Shown: in pieces, positions 20,950-31,249 of the stretch
Numbering within the stretch: position 1 is the first letter of the stretch
Layout: each line of letters opens with the position of its first letter
Assembly: GCA_963705915.1 (NCBI GenBank)
Contig: OY970126.1
Coordinates: 296,306-360,305, forward strand
Length of the DNA stretch: 64,000 nt
Source: an uncultured bacterium
GTDB taxonomy: Bacteria; Patescibacteriota; Minisyncoccia; UBA6257; 2-01-FULL-56-20
Direction: 5' to 3'
Notes under the pieces: generated by a model
What the model saw: the letters and a program-made list of their open reading frames with translations, nothing else
What the model was told of the DNA's origin: nothing
The model's database searches: none
Translations under genes and position numbers: made by a program

Positions 20950-20977
20950 AATATAGCGCCCTTCAATTCGTTGTCAA
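20950..20977 (-). promoter_or_regulatory. Putative sigma70 promoter of kdp operon
   Basis: TTGACA-16 nt-TATATT on the minus strand. Confidence 0.45.
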
Positions 20978-21036
20978 TAGCAATATGCGTGAAATTCCTT
21001 TTGTTTTATATATGAAATTCGATAGTCGAGATTTGG

Positions 21037-21076
21037 TGTCAAAATATTTGACAAGGGCTCGTTGTAGACATACCAT
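21037..21076 (+). promoter_or_regulatory. Sigma70 promoter of TrmB gene with palindrome over the -35
   Basis: TTGACA(21048)-17 nt-TACCAT(21071); inverted repeat TGTCAAA-ata-TTTGACA at 21037-21053. Confidence 0.55.
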
Positions 21077-21208
21077 CTAACCAAGAATATCATTGGCTCG
21101 GTTCGAGGCATTGAGTCATTGTCATAAAATGACAACAACTTATTACCTCAGAGCCGTTAGGCTTAAAGTATCATCACTTTACCTTGTGGAAAACCCAACC
21201 CTAAAAAT

Positions 21209-21961
21209 ATGGACCTAGAGGAAATTCTCACTAAAGTCGGCCTGGATGAAAAGGAGGCGAAAATATATATCGCTCTGTTGGATCTTGGCAGTGAAAAAGT
21301 ACATGAGATCGCGAAAAAGGCCGGCGTGAAGCGTCCCACTGCGTACGTCGTGCTCGAGCAACTCTACGCCAAGAATTTTGTCGTAAAGACCTATCACCAG
21401 CGCCGCGCTTTCTATTCCGCAGAAAAGCCTGACATCATCTTGCGCGCACTCAAGGAAAAAGAAGATCTCTTGGACCAAGCCTTACCTCTTTTCCATGCCC
21501 GGATGGCGGCATCGAAAATAAAACCAAAAATACGAATCTACGAAGGAAGGAGTGGCATTGAAAAAGTATACGACGAAATTTATGCGAGTCCGTCCGTATG
21601 TCTTTTCGGATCCCTCAAGAATCTCTCTGAGGAATTTGTCGGACGCGTGGATAAATTGAAGGAGATCATAAAATCGAAAGATATCCACGTACGCGACCTC
21701 CTTACTCATGATCCGAAAGATCTTGATTTCGGCTTTGCGGCCATCGGCCGCAACTACGAAGGGCGCGTCGTGCCAAAGGAATTCGACCTCTATATTGACG
21801 GAGCTGTTTACGGAGACCAGGTGGCGATTCTTTCCATAAAAAAAGAATTATTCGCCGTGGTCATTGAAAGCAAGGAGGTGGCTGATACATTTCGCTCACT
21901 TTTTGAACTTGCATGGAAGATGTCTGTACCGCTGGAGCAATTTGAAAAAGATAAACGATAA
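21209..21961 (+). CDS. TrmB-family transcriptional regulator
   Basis: LTKVGLDEKEAKIYIALL...IAKKAGVKRPTAY wHTH; PKIRIYEG; C-terminal PLD-like domain. Confidence 0.85.
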   Translation: MDLEEILTKVGLDEKEAKIYIALLDLGSEKVHEIAKKAGVKRPTAYVVLEQLYAKNFVVKTYHQRRAFYSAEKPDIILRALKEKEDLLDQALPLFHARMAASKIKPKIRIYEGRSGIEKVYDEIYASPSVCLFGSLKNLSEEFVGRVDKLKEIIKSKDIHVRDLLTHDPKDLDFGFAAIGRNYEGRVVPKEFDLYIDGAVYGDQVAILSIKKELFAVVIESKEVADTFRSLFELAWKMSVPLEQFEKDKR

Positions 21962-22052
21962 GTTTTACCGGCATAAAATAAAGGAGCGTCCGATTGTAAG
22001 CGCAGCAGCACTGCATTAGGTCCAAAAAACTTAGCATGATATAGTAAGCCAG

Positions 22053-23261
22053 ATGAACAACCGCCCTTCATCCTTCTATGGCCTTGGCATAGCGCCAAGC
22101 ATTCTTTCGGTACTCAACAAATTATCACTTACCACCCCCACGCCCATCCAAGAGAAAGCGATCCCGCAAGCGATTGAAGGGAAAGACATCATGGGTATTG
22201 CGCAAACTGGAACCGGAAAGACATTTGCGTTCGGCATTCCTATGATCCAGCTTCTTTTGCAAGATCGGCGCCATCGGGCGCTCGTTCTTCTTCCCACGCG
22301 GGAACTCGCCGAACAGGTAGATGATTCGTTGCGAAAAATCGGCACGCCGCTCGGCATAAAAACGGCTGTCCTTATCGGCGGCGAACCGATGGGGCGGCAA
22401 CTTCAGGCGCTTCGGCGTACGCCGAACGTTATTCTTGCAACGCCGGGTCGACTCCTTGATCACCTTTCACAAAAAACGGTGACATTGCGGGATATGACCA
22501 TGGTAGTCCTTGATGAAGCGGACCGAATGCTCGACATGGGTTTTGCGCCGCAGCTCAAACGCATTCTCGCCGCATTACCCGCCGAACGGCAGACCCTTCT
22601 TTTTTCCGCCACGATGCCGGAAAATATCGTCTCGATGGCGCGCTCCTTCTTGAAGCTGCCCTTGCGTGTGGAAATTGCTCGCCAAGGAACCGCCGCGAAT
22701 GGTGTGACGCAAGAACTCTTTTTTGTGACCCAGCCAGAGAAGCCGCGCCTTCTTGAAAAAGTTTTACAAGAATACCGAGGCTCCGTGCTCGTCTTTGCAC
22801 GAACAAAATTCAGCGCCAAAAAAATCGCCGCTCATCTTCGCGCACTCGGCCACACCGCCGTGGAGCTTCATTCCAATCGATCGCTCAACCAACGGCGTGA
22901 AGCCCTTGCCGGATTCAAAACAGGAAAATATAGAGTCGTCGTCGCAACCGACATCGCTGCGCGAGGGATCGATGTACAGAATATTGAGCTCGTGATCAAC
23001 TACGACCTTCCTTCGGTTGCCGAAGATTATGTGCATCGCATCGGCCGCACCGGACGCGCAGGAGAATCAGGTCACGCCATTTCTTTTGCACGAGCCGATG
23101 AACGGCGCGACGTTCAGGACATCGAACGCCTCATGCGCATAAACCTTCCGGTGTCGAAACTGCCGACGTTGCCACCAGCGCCGCCAATGCCGCCTTTTCA
23201 CGGCGGGAATCATCATCGGCCCCGTGGCGGTTCAGGACGCCAAAATTTCCGGAGGAGATAA
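22053..23261 (+). CDS. DEAD-box RNA helicase (RhlE-like)
   Basis: Q motif, AQTGTGKT, PTRELA, DEAD, SAT, HRIGRTGR. Confidence 0.95.
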   Translation: MNNRPSSFYGLGIAPSILSVLNKLSLTTPTPIQEKAIPQAIEGKDIMGIAQTGTGKTFAFGIPMIQLLLQDRRHRALVLLPTRELAEQVDDSLRKIGTPLGIKTAVLIGGEPMGRQLQALRRTPNVILATPGRLLDHLSQKTVTLRDMTMVVLDEADRMLDMGFAPQLKRILAALPAERQTLLFSATMPENIVSMARSFLKLPLRVEIARQGTAANGVTQELFFVTQPEKPRLLEKVLQEYRGSVLVFARTKFSAKKIAAHLRALGHTAVELHSNRSLNQRREALAGFKTGKYRVVVATDIAARGIDVQNIELVINYDLPSVAEDYVHRIGRTGRAGESGHAISFARADERRDVQDIERLMRINLPVSKLPTLPPAPPMPPFHGGNHHRPRGGSGRQNFRRR

Positions 23262-23266
23262 GACGA

Positions 23267-23668
23267 CTACTTGGGTTGCCACTCCGTTGCTTGCAGTAAA
23301 CCGAAAAGATTTCCTTCGGTGTCTACGGCGCGAGAGAACCAACCCAAACCTTTCATCTCCCACTTTTCTTTTCCTTCCCATGGTTGGATCTGGCCGCCGT
23401 TCGCCTTGATGCTTGCGATGACCTTATCCATGTCGTCAACTAAAATCGTACAATCAAAGCTATTGAGTTTGCGCATGGGGTTATCAGACCGTTTATACAT
23501 GCCACCATCAATGCCAGGCCCCTCCCCTGTTTTCATCGTCCAATAATCCATGCCCACGCCGGGCATGCTCGTCTTTTCTATTTTCCAGCCAAGCGCATTC
23601 TCATAAAACTTTTTTGCACGCTCGGCGTCATCCGCCTGAACTTCAAAGTGTATGGGTCGATTGTTCAT
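23267..23668 (-). CDS. VOC/glyoxalase family protein
   Basis: Start at MNNRPIHFEVQADD; FYENALGW; DTEGNLFGL. Confidence 0.85.
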   Translation of the reverse strand: MNNRPIHFEVQADDAERAKKFYENALGWKIEKTSMPGVGMDYWTMKTGEGPGIDGGMYKRSDNPMRKLNSFDCTILVDDMDKVIASIKANGGQIQPWEGKEKWEMKGLGWFSRAVDTEGNLFGLLQATEWQPK

Positions 23669-23712
23669 TGTCTTATTATACTTATACCACCCTCCCGGTG
23701 TAAATATTCCAA

Positions 23713-24060
23713 TTAAAACCCTTGCTGGTCTTGCATATACTGGTTCATCTGCGCGGGTGTCATGTTGTAATTCAAATGTTCCATAATCCAAAGCGAACCA
23801 ACCACGACAATAAGCACAAGCACAATCGTCGTAAAGAATACGGCGAGCTTCCAGCGGCTTCCGGTTTCTGATCCGAGATGGAGGAAAAAAAGCATTTGGA
23901 TGATAAGCTGCAAAACGGCGAGCGCAAGAATGGTTGCGAGGATTTCCGCATTATCCATGCCGAAAAGTCCTGGCCGAGTGACAACCAAAAACGCGGCAAG
24001 CGTAAGGACGATCGACGACAGGAATCCGATGATGTATGACGTGAGATTGTTTTCTTTCAT
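23713..24060 (-). CDS. cyoD: Cytochrome bo3 ubiquinol oxidase subunit IV
   Basis: YIIGFLSSIVLT, QMLFFLHL, GSLWIMEHLNYNM. Confidence 0.9.
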   Translation of the reverse strand: MKENNLTSYIIGFLSSIVLTLAAFLVVTRPGLFGMDNAEILATILALAVLQLIIQMLFFLHLGSETGSRWKLAVFFTTIVLVLIVVVGSLWIMEHLNYNMTPAQMNQYMQDQQGF

Positions 24061-24062
24061 GG

Positions 24063-24674
24063 CTATATGACGCGGCCCATAAGATAAACGACCGTGAAGA
24101 TAAATATCCAAATGATATCGAGGAAATGCCAGAAGAGGCTGAGACGTTCGAGTTTTGAGACAACAAACGGCGTGAGGCCCCGAAGCTGGATCTGTACGAT
24201 GGCCACAACCATCCAGAGCAAGCCGATCGTGATATGCAATCCGTGCGTGCCGACGAGCGTGAAAAATGCCGAGAGGAATGCGCTTCGCTGCGGGCTATTG
24301 CCGCTTGCGGCGAGACCGGAAAACTCCATGAGTTCAAGCGTGAGGAATGTTGCACCAAGGAGGAATGTGACGATAAACCATACCATCGCCTGATTCTTTT
24401 TATTACTGCGGACCGCGAGCATCGCAAGGCCGCAGGTGAAACTGCTCGTAAGAAGGATGAGCGTTTCGGCGAGGGCATTCGATAGGCTAAAAAGATGTCC
24501 GCCGTCCGGGCCGCCAAAGGTGTTCCCGCGAAGGACGGCATACGTGGCAAAGAGCGCCGCGAATACAATGAGGTCGGTCATCAGATATACCCAAAAACCA
24601 AAAACGAATTTATCCTTGGAAGCCGCTTGCTTCGCCGTTTCTTGTCGTGCGACGGCCTGATTGTTTTCGTTCAT
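24063..24674 (-). CDS. cyoC: Cytochrome bo3 ubiquinol oxidase subunit III
   Basis: FGFWVYLMTD, FFTLVGTHGLH, FWHFLDIIW. Confidence 0.95.
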   Translation of the reverse strand: MNENNQAVARQETAKQAASKDKFVFGFWVYLMTDLIVFAALFATYAVLRGNTFGGPDGGHLFSLSNALAETLILLTSSFTCGLAMLAVRSNKKNQAMVWFIVTFLLGATFLTLELMEFSGLAASGNSPQRSAFLSAFFTLVGTHGLHITIGLLWMVVAIVQIQLRGLTPFVVSKLERLSLFWHFLDIIWIFIFTVVYLMGRVI

Positions 24675-26660
24675 GAAAGTATTCGTGCGATTTCCATTTT
24701 CTCGACTTCAGTAGCCTTCAAAATATATTCCGTGTCTTCATCGAATGAACGCATGATCACGCAGGTGATGGCACCAATGAGGCCAATTGCCGCGAGCCAA
24801 AGGATGTCCCACACCAGGGCAAAGCCGAGAAGGAAGACAAAGCCGGAAAGATATATCGCCATCGGCGTGTTCTTTGAAAGCTCGATGTCTTCATATTTTT
24901 GATTTTTCATTTTACCGTTCGGGCCAATCTCGCCATCTTTCTTCATTTCCCAAAACGCATCGCGGCTATGGACAGTGGGCGTCACCGCAAAGTTATAGAA
25001 CGGCACAGGCGACGGTGTTGCCCATTCAAGCGTGTGCCCATTCCACGGATCACCGGTCGTGTCACGATTTTGGTTCCGCTCCTTCACGCTCACCACAACC
25101 TGGATGATCTGCACAATCGCGCCGGCGGCGATGATGAAAACGCCGATTGCCGCAACGATGAAGAGCGGCTGGAAACCGGTCGACGCGTCATAGTGGTCAA
25201 GACGGCGTGTTGCGCCCATGAACCCTAATATATAGAGCGGGGTGAAGGATGTGAAAAATCCTACGAGCCAAAGCCAAAACGCGCGTCTCCCCCATTTTTC
25301 ATTCAGTTTGAAACCGAGCACCTTCGGGAACCAATACGTGATACCGGCGAAAATACCGAAGAGCGCACCGCCAACGATCATGGTGTGAAAATGCGCGACG
25401 AGAAACAGCGTGTTATGCAATTGATAATCCGCAGCCGGCGTCGCGAGCAAGACGCCTGCCATGCCGCCAAACGTGAACGTGCTCACAAATCCCATAAACC
25501 AATACATCGGCGTCATAAAGCGGATGCGCCCGCGCCACATCGTGAGAATCCAATTGAACATTTGCACGCCGGCTGGAATGGCGATGAGCATCGTCGAAAT
25601 GCCAAAGAACGCGTTCACGTCTGCGCCCGCACCCATCGTGAAAAAATGATGCAGCCAAACCAAGCCTGCGAGCGCCGTGATCGAAATCGCGGCGCAGACC
25701 ATGGAGACATAGCCAAATAATCTTTTTGCCGGAAAACGTGGAAACGACCTCGGAGAAAATACCAAACGACGGGATGACAAGGATATAGACTTCGGGATGG
25801 CCCCACATCCAAATGAGATTCACATACATCATCGGATTGCCGCCGAATCCCGACGTAAAGAAATGCATGCCAAAAAACCTATCGAGCCAAAGAAGCCCGG
25901 TCGTCACCGTGAGCATCGGGAATGCCGAAAGGATGAGCGCCGAGCTGCAAAGCGACGTCCAAACGAACATCGGCATCTTCATGAGCGTCATGCCCGGTGC
26001 GCGCATCTTAATGATGGTGACGAGGAAATTGAGGCCGCCAAGCAAGCTGCCGAGGCCGGAGATTTGCAGGCTCCATATCCAATAATCGACGCCCGTGCCC
26101 GGACTATACGCGAGTTCCGAAAGCGGCGGGAGCGAAAGCCATCCGGCCGATGCGAACTGTCCGCCGACGGCAAAGAATGTGTTAATGAGGACCGCGCCGG
26201 CGACGTACAACCAAAATCCGAGCGAGTTCAAAAATGGAAACGCGAGATCGCGCGCGCCGATTTCGAGCGGCACGATGAGATTCATGAGGCCGAACAAAAA
26301 TCCCATCGTCACAAAAAATACCATGATGTCGCCGTGTGCCGTGAAAATCTGCTGGAAATGGCTCGGGTCAAGATACCCCTGCGAATTCCCCACCGACATC
26401 GCCTGCTGAATCCAAATCATGATGGCATCGAGTCCGCCGCGGAAAAGCATCACGGACGCCACAACGATATACATCACCCCGATTTTCTTCGGATCGGTCG
26501 ACGTGAGCCAATCCCTCCAGAGCCACCTCCAACGCTTGTAATACGTGATGACGCCGCCAACGAGCGCCATACCGAGGATGATACTCACCGTCCCTCCGAT
26601 CGTAAACCATTCGTGCGGAAGTGCGCTCCAGGTTAGATTGCCAAAAATAAAATGTTCCAT
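24671..26660 (-). CDS. cyoB: Cytochrome bo3 ubiquinol oxidase subunit I (split by +1 frameshift near 25725)
   Basis: 5' part (25413-26660 frame) has TAHG and WGHPEVY; 3' part (24671-25780 frame) has LHHFF and VAHFH. The junction reads GGC AAAAA GA where GGC AAA AGA (SGKRLFGY) is expected. Confidence 0.9.
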
Positions 26661-26661
26661 G

Positions 26662-27561
26662 TTACATTTGCATGCCTGGCATCGCCATCCCCGGCATCGA
26701 CGATGACGGCATCATATACTTCATCATCACATTATTATAAAGATTCGGATCTACGGAGGAATAATAGGCCGGCGGATTGTAGGTGGACGGCTCGGCAAGC
26801 GTATTGTAGGCGTCTTCGTCGAGCGTGCTCGACATCTGCTTTATCTGCGCAACCCAGATATTAAAGTCCGTCTCCGCGACGGAGTTCGCCTGGAACGTCA
26901 TGCCGGCATAGCCAGCGCCGTTGATTTCCGTATCCTTGCCGGTGAACGTTCCCGTGGACGATGCGATCAAATTGAGCTGGGTTTCCATCGCGGCCATCGC
27001 ATAAATCTGGCTGCCGAGTTGGGGAATCCAAAACGAACTCATCGGCGCGTCCGCGGTGAGCTCAAAATGCACCGGCGTCTGCTCCGGAAACTCAATGTAG
27101 TTCACCGTCGCAATGCCTTGCTGGGGATAGATGAAAAGCCACTTCCACTGGAGCGCAACGACTTCTATGGTGAGCGGCGGCACGGACGAGGCGATCGGCT
27201 GATAGGGATCCACGGCGTGCACGCTCTTCCACGAGAGGACCGCAAGCACGGCAACGAGCATCGCGGGAATCACCCACAGCATGAGCTCACTCGACGCTCC
27301 ATGGTTTTGATTCGGTTCGTAGTTCGCAGCTTTGTTCCCGGCACGATAGCGCCACGCAAACGTAAAAAGCGCAACGAACATCGGCACAACAACCACGAGC
27401 ATCAAAAGCATCGACACTTTTATTGCACTAATCTCCTGCCCCGCAATCGTTCCATCCGGAGCAAAAAGCGCCACGAGACTTCCGCCAATCAAATATTTAA
27501 AAAAGATGACCGCAGCGAGGATGATCGCGGCTCCGATCGCGATTCGGTATTGCACCTTCAT
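26662..27561 (-). CDS. cyoA: Cytochrome bo3 ubiquinol oxidase subunit II
   Basis: Start MKVQYR; [29 protein letters not shown]; no CuA cysteines, so quinol type. Confidence 0.92.
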   Translation of the reverse strand: MKVQYRIAIGAAIILAAVIFFKYLIGGSLVALFAPDGTIAGQEISAIKVSMLLMLVVVVPMFVALFTFAWRYRAGNKAANYEPNQNHGASSELMLWVIPAMLVAVLAVLSWKSVHAVDPYQPIASSVPPLTIEVVALQWKWLFIYPQQGIATVNYIEFPEQTPVHFELTADAPMSSFWIPQLGSQIYAMAAMETQLNLIASSTGTFTGKDTEINGAGYAGMTFQANSVAETDFNIWVAQIKQMSSTLDEDAYNTLAEPSTYNPPAYYSSVDPNLYNNVMMKYMMPSSSMPGMAMPGMQM

Positions 27562-27619
27562 TATTGTAATAATAGCATGCGAGGGCGGCTGCCCGCGGCG
27601 CTCCTGCCCAAAACATCCG

Positions 27620-28528
27620 CTACGAAAACTGCACAAACGCGAGCGAGCCAATGATGATCGTGGCAAAAAGCGCCATCAGAACAACGAGCGAGCAGAGAAA
27701 CATGCTCCGCGCCCAACGGACGTCGTCGCGGGTGTAAAACCCGCGAACGCCAACGACAAACCAAACAAACCCAAGAGCGGCCGCGAGAATGCCGTACCAC
27801 GGATTTATGTAACCAAAATACGCGAGGAGAACGGTTGCGTAGATGTAGGCCATTACCAAAGTAACGATCGCAATCTTCGTCGTACGATTGCCGTGCTTTG
27901 CAGGAAGAATCGGAACACCGGCCGCCACATAGTCATGTGACCGACGAATCGAAATGGCAAAAAAATGCGGAATCTGCCAGGTGAATAAAATCATGAAAAG
28001 AAGCACGGCACCGAGATCAAGCTTGTTACTCACGGCCACGTAGCCAACAACGGGAGGCACGGCGCCGGCAACGGCGCCGACCGCAACCGCATACATTGTC
28101 CGCCGCTTCGCCCAGATGGTGTACATAACAACATAAAAGAATGCGCCGATGGCGGCCACGGCAACGGTGAGCAGGTTCGTGCCAATCGCAAGGAGCGCAA
28201 AACCAATCGCGCCGAGTACGATCCCATAGATGATCGCCGCGCGATTCGAAATCCTGTGAGTGACAAGCGCTCGATCCTTTGTGCGCTCCATCTTTCCATC
28301 AATCCCCCGATCGATGTAATTATTAAAAACACATCCGGAAGCAATCACAAAAGAAAGCCCAACGAGGGCAAACAGGAAAAGCTTGAGTGCTGGAATTATC
28401 GGGACGATAACGCTCGTCGACGGATCAACCACTCCCCCCTGAAGCGCAAGCGCAAACCCTCCCGCAAGCAGTACGGCGTTGCCATACACGATACCAGGCT
28501 TTACAAGGCTATAGTAGTCACGAAGCAT
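27620..28528 (-). CDS. cyoE: Heme o synthase (protoheme IX farnesyltransferase)
   Basis: LVKPGIV, NNYIDRGIDGKMERT, WQIPHF. Confidence 0.93.
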   Translation of the reverse strand: MLRDYYSLVKPGIVYGNAVLLAGGFALALQGGVVDPSTSVIVPIIPALKLFLFALVGLSFVIASGCVFNNYIDRGIDGKMERTKDRALVTHRISNRAAIIYGIVLGAIGFALLAIGTNLLTVAVAAIGAFFYVVMYTIWAKRRTMYAVAVGAVAGAVPPVVGYVAVSNKLDLGAVLLFMILFTWQIPHFFAISIRRSHDYVAAGVPILPAKHGNRTTKIAIVTLVMAYIYATVLLAYFGYINPWYGILAAALGFVWFVVGVRGFYTRDDVRWARSMFLCSLVVLMALFATIIIGSLAFVQFS

Positions 28529-28582
28529 GTGCTATTTAGTTTAGCACCTCGCAACAAAATAGACCCGCGACCTTCGCACTTC

Positions 28583-29272
28583 CTACCTCTTCTTCGGCGT
28601 CTTAATGACCCCAATCACTTTTCCATTGATCGTAAAATCGTCGCTTTCGTGAATATGGATTGCCGGGAAGTCATGCGTTGATTCGGACATGAGAAGAATC
28701 TGATTGTTCTCCTTGTCGATATAATATTTTTTGATGTTCGCCATGCCGTCGACGAGCGAAAGCACGATATCCCCACTCGCGGCGCTTTGGTCTTCGCTAT
28801 CGATAATCACATAGTCGCCGTCCTCGATGCGCTTGCCTCCAATCTCGGCGCGGTTCATTGAAGGACCGCTCACGCGAATGGCAAAGAGTCGATGTGCGGG
28901 AGCATCGGTCCGACCCGAGCCAACGGCACGAGCGTAACGGCGGTCGAGGAGAGATGTTGATGCCCGCAGATAGCCTTCAATATTCGTTTCCGCAAAAATT
29001 TGGGCAGGGCCGGCGTTTGCAGAACCCACGATTGGAATTCGGAGCAAGCGAGCGCCCTCAAGGCCGCCCGTTGCATATCCTTCTTTTGTTTTTTCTATAA
29101 TGCCTTTCATTTTATCGATTTTTATTAATCCGCGTTTTTCTAACTGCTGGAGGTGATGCTTGATCTTCTGCGGCGACCGCTCGCCGATGAATGCTCCTAT
29201 TTCGCGAAGCGTATACTTGCCAAGATTTTTCTCCCTGGCCAGAACTAAAAGTTTTTGTTGGATTTCGTGCAT
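28583..29272 (-). CDS. lexA: LexA-like repressor (S24 peptidase)
   Basis: wHTH (TLREIG...HHLQQLEKRG), Ala-Gly cleavage site (ANAG), catalytic Ser (GPSM) and Lys (ANIKK). Confidence 0.88.
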   Translation of the reverse strand: MHEIQQKLLVLAREKNLGKYTLREIGAFIGERSPQKIKHHLQQLEKRGLIKIDKMKGIIEKTKEGYATGGLEGARLLRIPIVGSANAGPAQIFAETNIEGYLRASTSLLDRRYARAVGSGRTDAPAHRLFAIRVSGPSMNRAEIGGKRIEDGDYVIIDSEDQSAASGDIVLSLVDGMANIKKYYIDKENNQILLMSESTHDFPAIHIHESDDFTINGKVIGVIKTPKKR

Positions 29273-29344
29273 ATAGTAATAATAAATGCCTTATTTTTAG
29301 TGTCAAGCATAACTGTGGACAACCTTGACAGCACCACAAATTCA

Positions 29345-29780
29345 AACCCCCCGCTAGGGGGATCGCTCAAGCTCGGCGATTTCGGGTCGAAGACGAAATC
29401 GGAGCCATTGCTGAGCTATCCCATTCGGAGGGTCTGGAATATGCATGATTGAGTTTTTAACGGTACTTTTTATCCAAGGAGAGCCGGGCGTATGGCGGGC
29501 TATCGTGTCGCAGGCGCGTTGTGAGGATTCCCCTATTCCTCCCTGCGATCAGATGGACCATAGTCAGCACGGGAACATGCGATGCGGATATTTCCGGCAT
29601 GGAGTCGCTTTAAAGTCGGTTCACATAGACTCCTTGTCTTTGGGAGCTTCAGGTCATATCAATTGCCTGGCCCCAACTAAGATTTCCGGTTATCCGGCTG
29701 CATGGTTATCGTCGGTAGCATCTCTCGCATTGGTCCACCGCCTTCCCTGATTCCCCTATGAGTAGTGCATAGGACGTAAT
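29345..29780 (-). ncRNA. Candidate large structured non-coding RNA, family unassigned
   Basis: Intergenic stretch with many nested helices: 29552-60/29731-39, 29508-14/29542-48, 29523-27/29537-41, 29601-06/29628-33, 29640-44/29672-76, 29359-69/29412-22, 29377-84/29394-401. A G-U pair favours the minus strand. Confidence 0.5.
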
Positions 29781-29888
29781 CTGCTTATTCTTTATTTGGA
29801 CCTTTTTTACTATCTGGGCCGGCTCCATGGCTGCCGGTTCAGCATTTACTACAAGCCCATATTTTCTTTATTACAAAAATTTTATCGC

Positions 29889-30578
29889 TCAAGGTCCGAT
29901 TTTATCGATTGCCGAAGCTTCGATGTATCCGTTCGGATCGCGGACGCCGAAAACCACCACCAAATCTCCTGTTTTAACGTTGAGTATCGTGTCTGTTGCG
30001 AGGCCAGAGCTCAAAAGGACCGTGGACGTTTCGCCGCTTAAGCCTTCTAGAATGAAGCCGTTTGAGGCCATGGTGATGATTTCCCCGCGATGGACGTCTG
30101 AAATGTCGCCGGCATCATAACTTGAATAATAGCCACTCAAAATCGGCGGGTTATTATAGTCCGGAAGATACGATCCAACCGGCGTGACGGCCACGACAAA
30201 ACTCGCTGCGGTGAGTACAATGAGAATCCCAAGGAGCGAATACAAAAGCGGCCGCTGGTACGAGAAGGCGAAATGGTTTACGAGGATCACGAGGACGAGA
30301 AGGAAAATAAGCGAAAGGACGATGAGGAGCCACGGGAGTGATCGGAAAAATATATACCATCCGGAGACCCCCATGCCAGGCGCATAAAGAAGACCAGACT
30401 GACGCAAGAGGAAGAGGAAGAATCCAATAATATAAATGAGGAAGAGGCCAAGAATTACGCCTCCCACGACGGCGAGTATGGTCTGCAGCGCAAAATACCA
30501 TTTTGACCGCATTTTAACCCGGCCACTTTCGATGGCTTCGAAAACATTCTTTTGTATGGCTTGTTCTTCTCTCGACAT
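29889..30578 (-). CDS. Membrane protein, putative anti-sigma factor
   Basis: Start MSREEQ directly after the ECF sigma stop; KMRSKWYF, three TMs, C-terminal OB-like domain. Confidence 0.65.
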   Translation of the reverse strand: MSREEQAIQKNVFEAIESGRVKMRSKWYFALQTILAVVGGVILGLFLIYIIGFFLFLLRQSGLLYAPGMGVSGWYIFFRSLPWLLIVLSLIFLLVLVILVNHFAFSYQRPLLYSLLGILIVLTAASFVVAVTPVGSYLPDYNNPPILSGYYSSYDAGDISDVHRGEIITMASNGFILEGLSGETSTVLLSSGLATDTILNVKTGDLVVVFGVRDPNGYIEASAIDKIGP

Positions 30579-30579
30579 G

Positions 30580-31164
30580 TTAGGTTTTGACCATTTTTTT
30601 GAGCATGGCCTTGCCGCGCTGAAGGCGGACACCAACCGTGGACACCGGAATGCGTAGAATGTCGGCAATAGCTTTGTAGTCCATCTCCTCAAAATAATAC
30701 AGGATGAGCGGCTCTTTGTATTTGGGGCTAAGCTTGTCGAGCGAACTCTCAAGCATGGTCTTGAGCTCTTGATGGCTCATACCGCCGTCGGCCGTTTCTT
30801 TGGCGATAAGGTGCGGAAATAGGATATCGAAATCGAATACGGAAACATTTTCCCGCTCCTTTTGTTTTTTCTTTACGGCGTTCACGAATTCATTGTGCGC
30901 GATACGATAGATCCAAGGGGAAAACCGTCGGTCGGCATCGAAACTTTTGATATTCACGTAGGCTTTAATAAAAATTTCCTGGACGAGATCTTTCACGTCA
31001 TCGCCCTGAAATAGGAAGCGGCGCGCATAGCGGCTCATCTTTGCCTCGTATCGCTCCATAAGAATTCGAAACGACTCGGCGTCGCCCCGCTGGACCGCCA
31101 CAGCGATTTGCTCATCCGTTTTGTCATGCATGACAAAGTATGAATCTACTACAGCAGTAGTCAT
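30580..31164 (-). CDS. ECF RNA polymerase sigma-70 factor
   Basis: DLVQEIFIKAY, FSPWIYRIAHN (region 2); YKAIADILRIPVSTVGVRLQRG (region 4). Start may be 31131. Confidence 0.92.
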   Translation of the reverse strand: MTTAVVDSYFVMHDKTDEQIAVAVQRGDAESFRILMERYEAKMSRYARRFLFQGDDVKDLVQEIFIKAYVNIKSFDADRRFSPWIYRIAHNEFVNAVKKKQKERENVSVFDFDILFPHLIAKETADGGMSHQELKTMLESSLDKLSPKYKEPLILYYFEEMDYKAIADILRIPVSTVGVRLQRGKAMLKKMVKT

Positions 31165-31249
31165 AAATTTATTTCACCATAAAGCCCTCTATAGCTATAT
31201 CTACGACTCCTCTGGCGAGTTTGTTTCCTTTTGCTTAGAATAACCTCAC

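Noticed and set aside
29445-29750. 101-aa plus-strand ORF
   Set aside because: No recognisable motifs; the region is better explained by RNA secondary structure.
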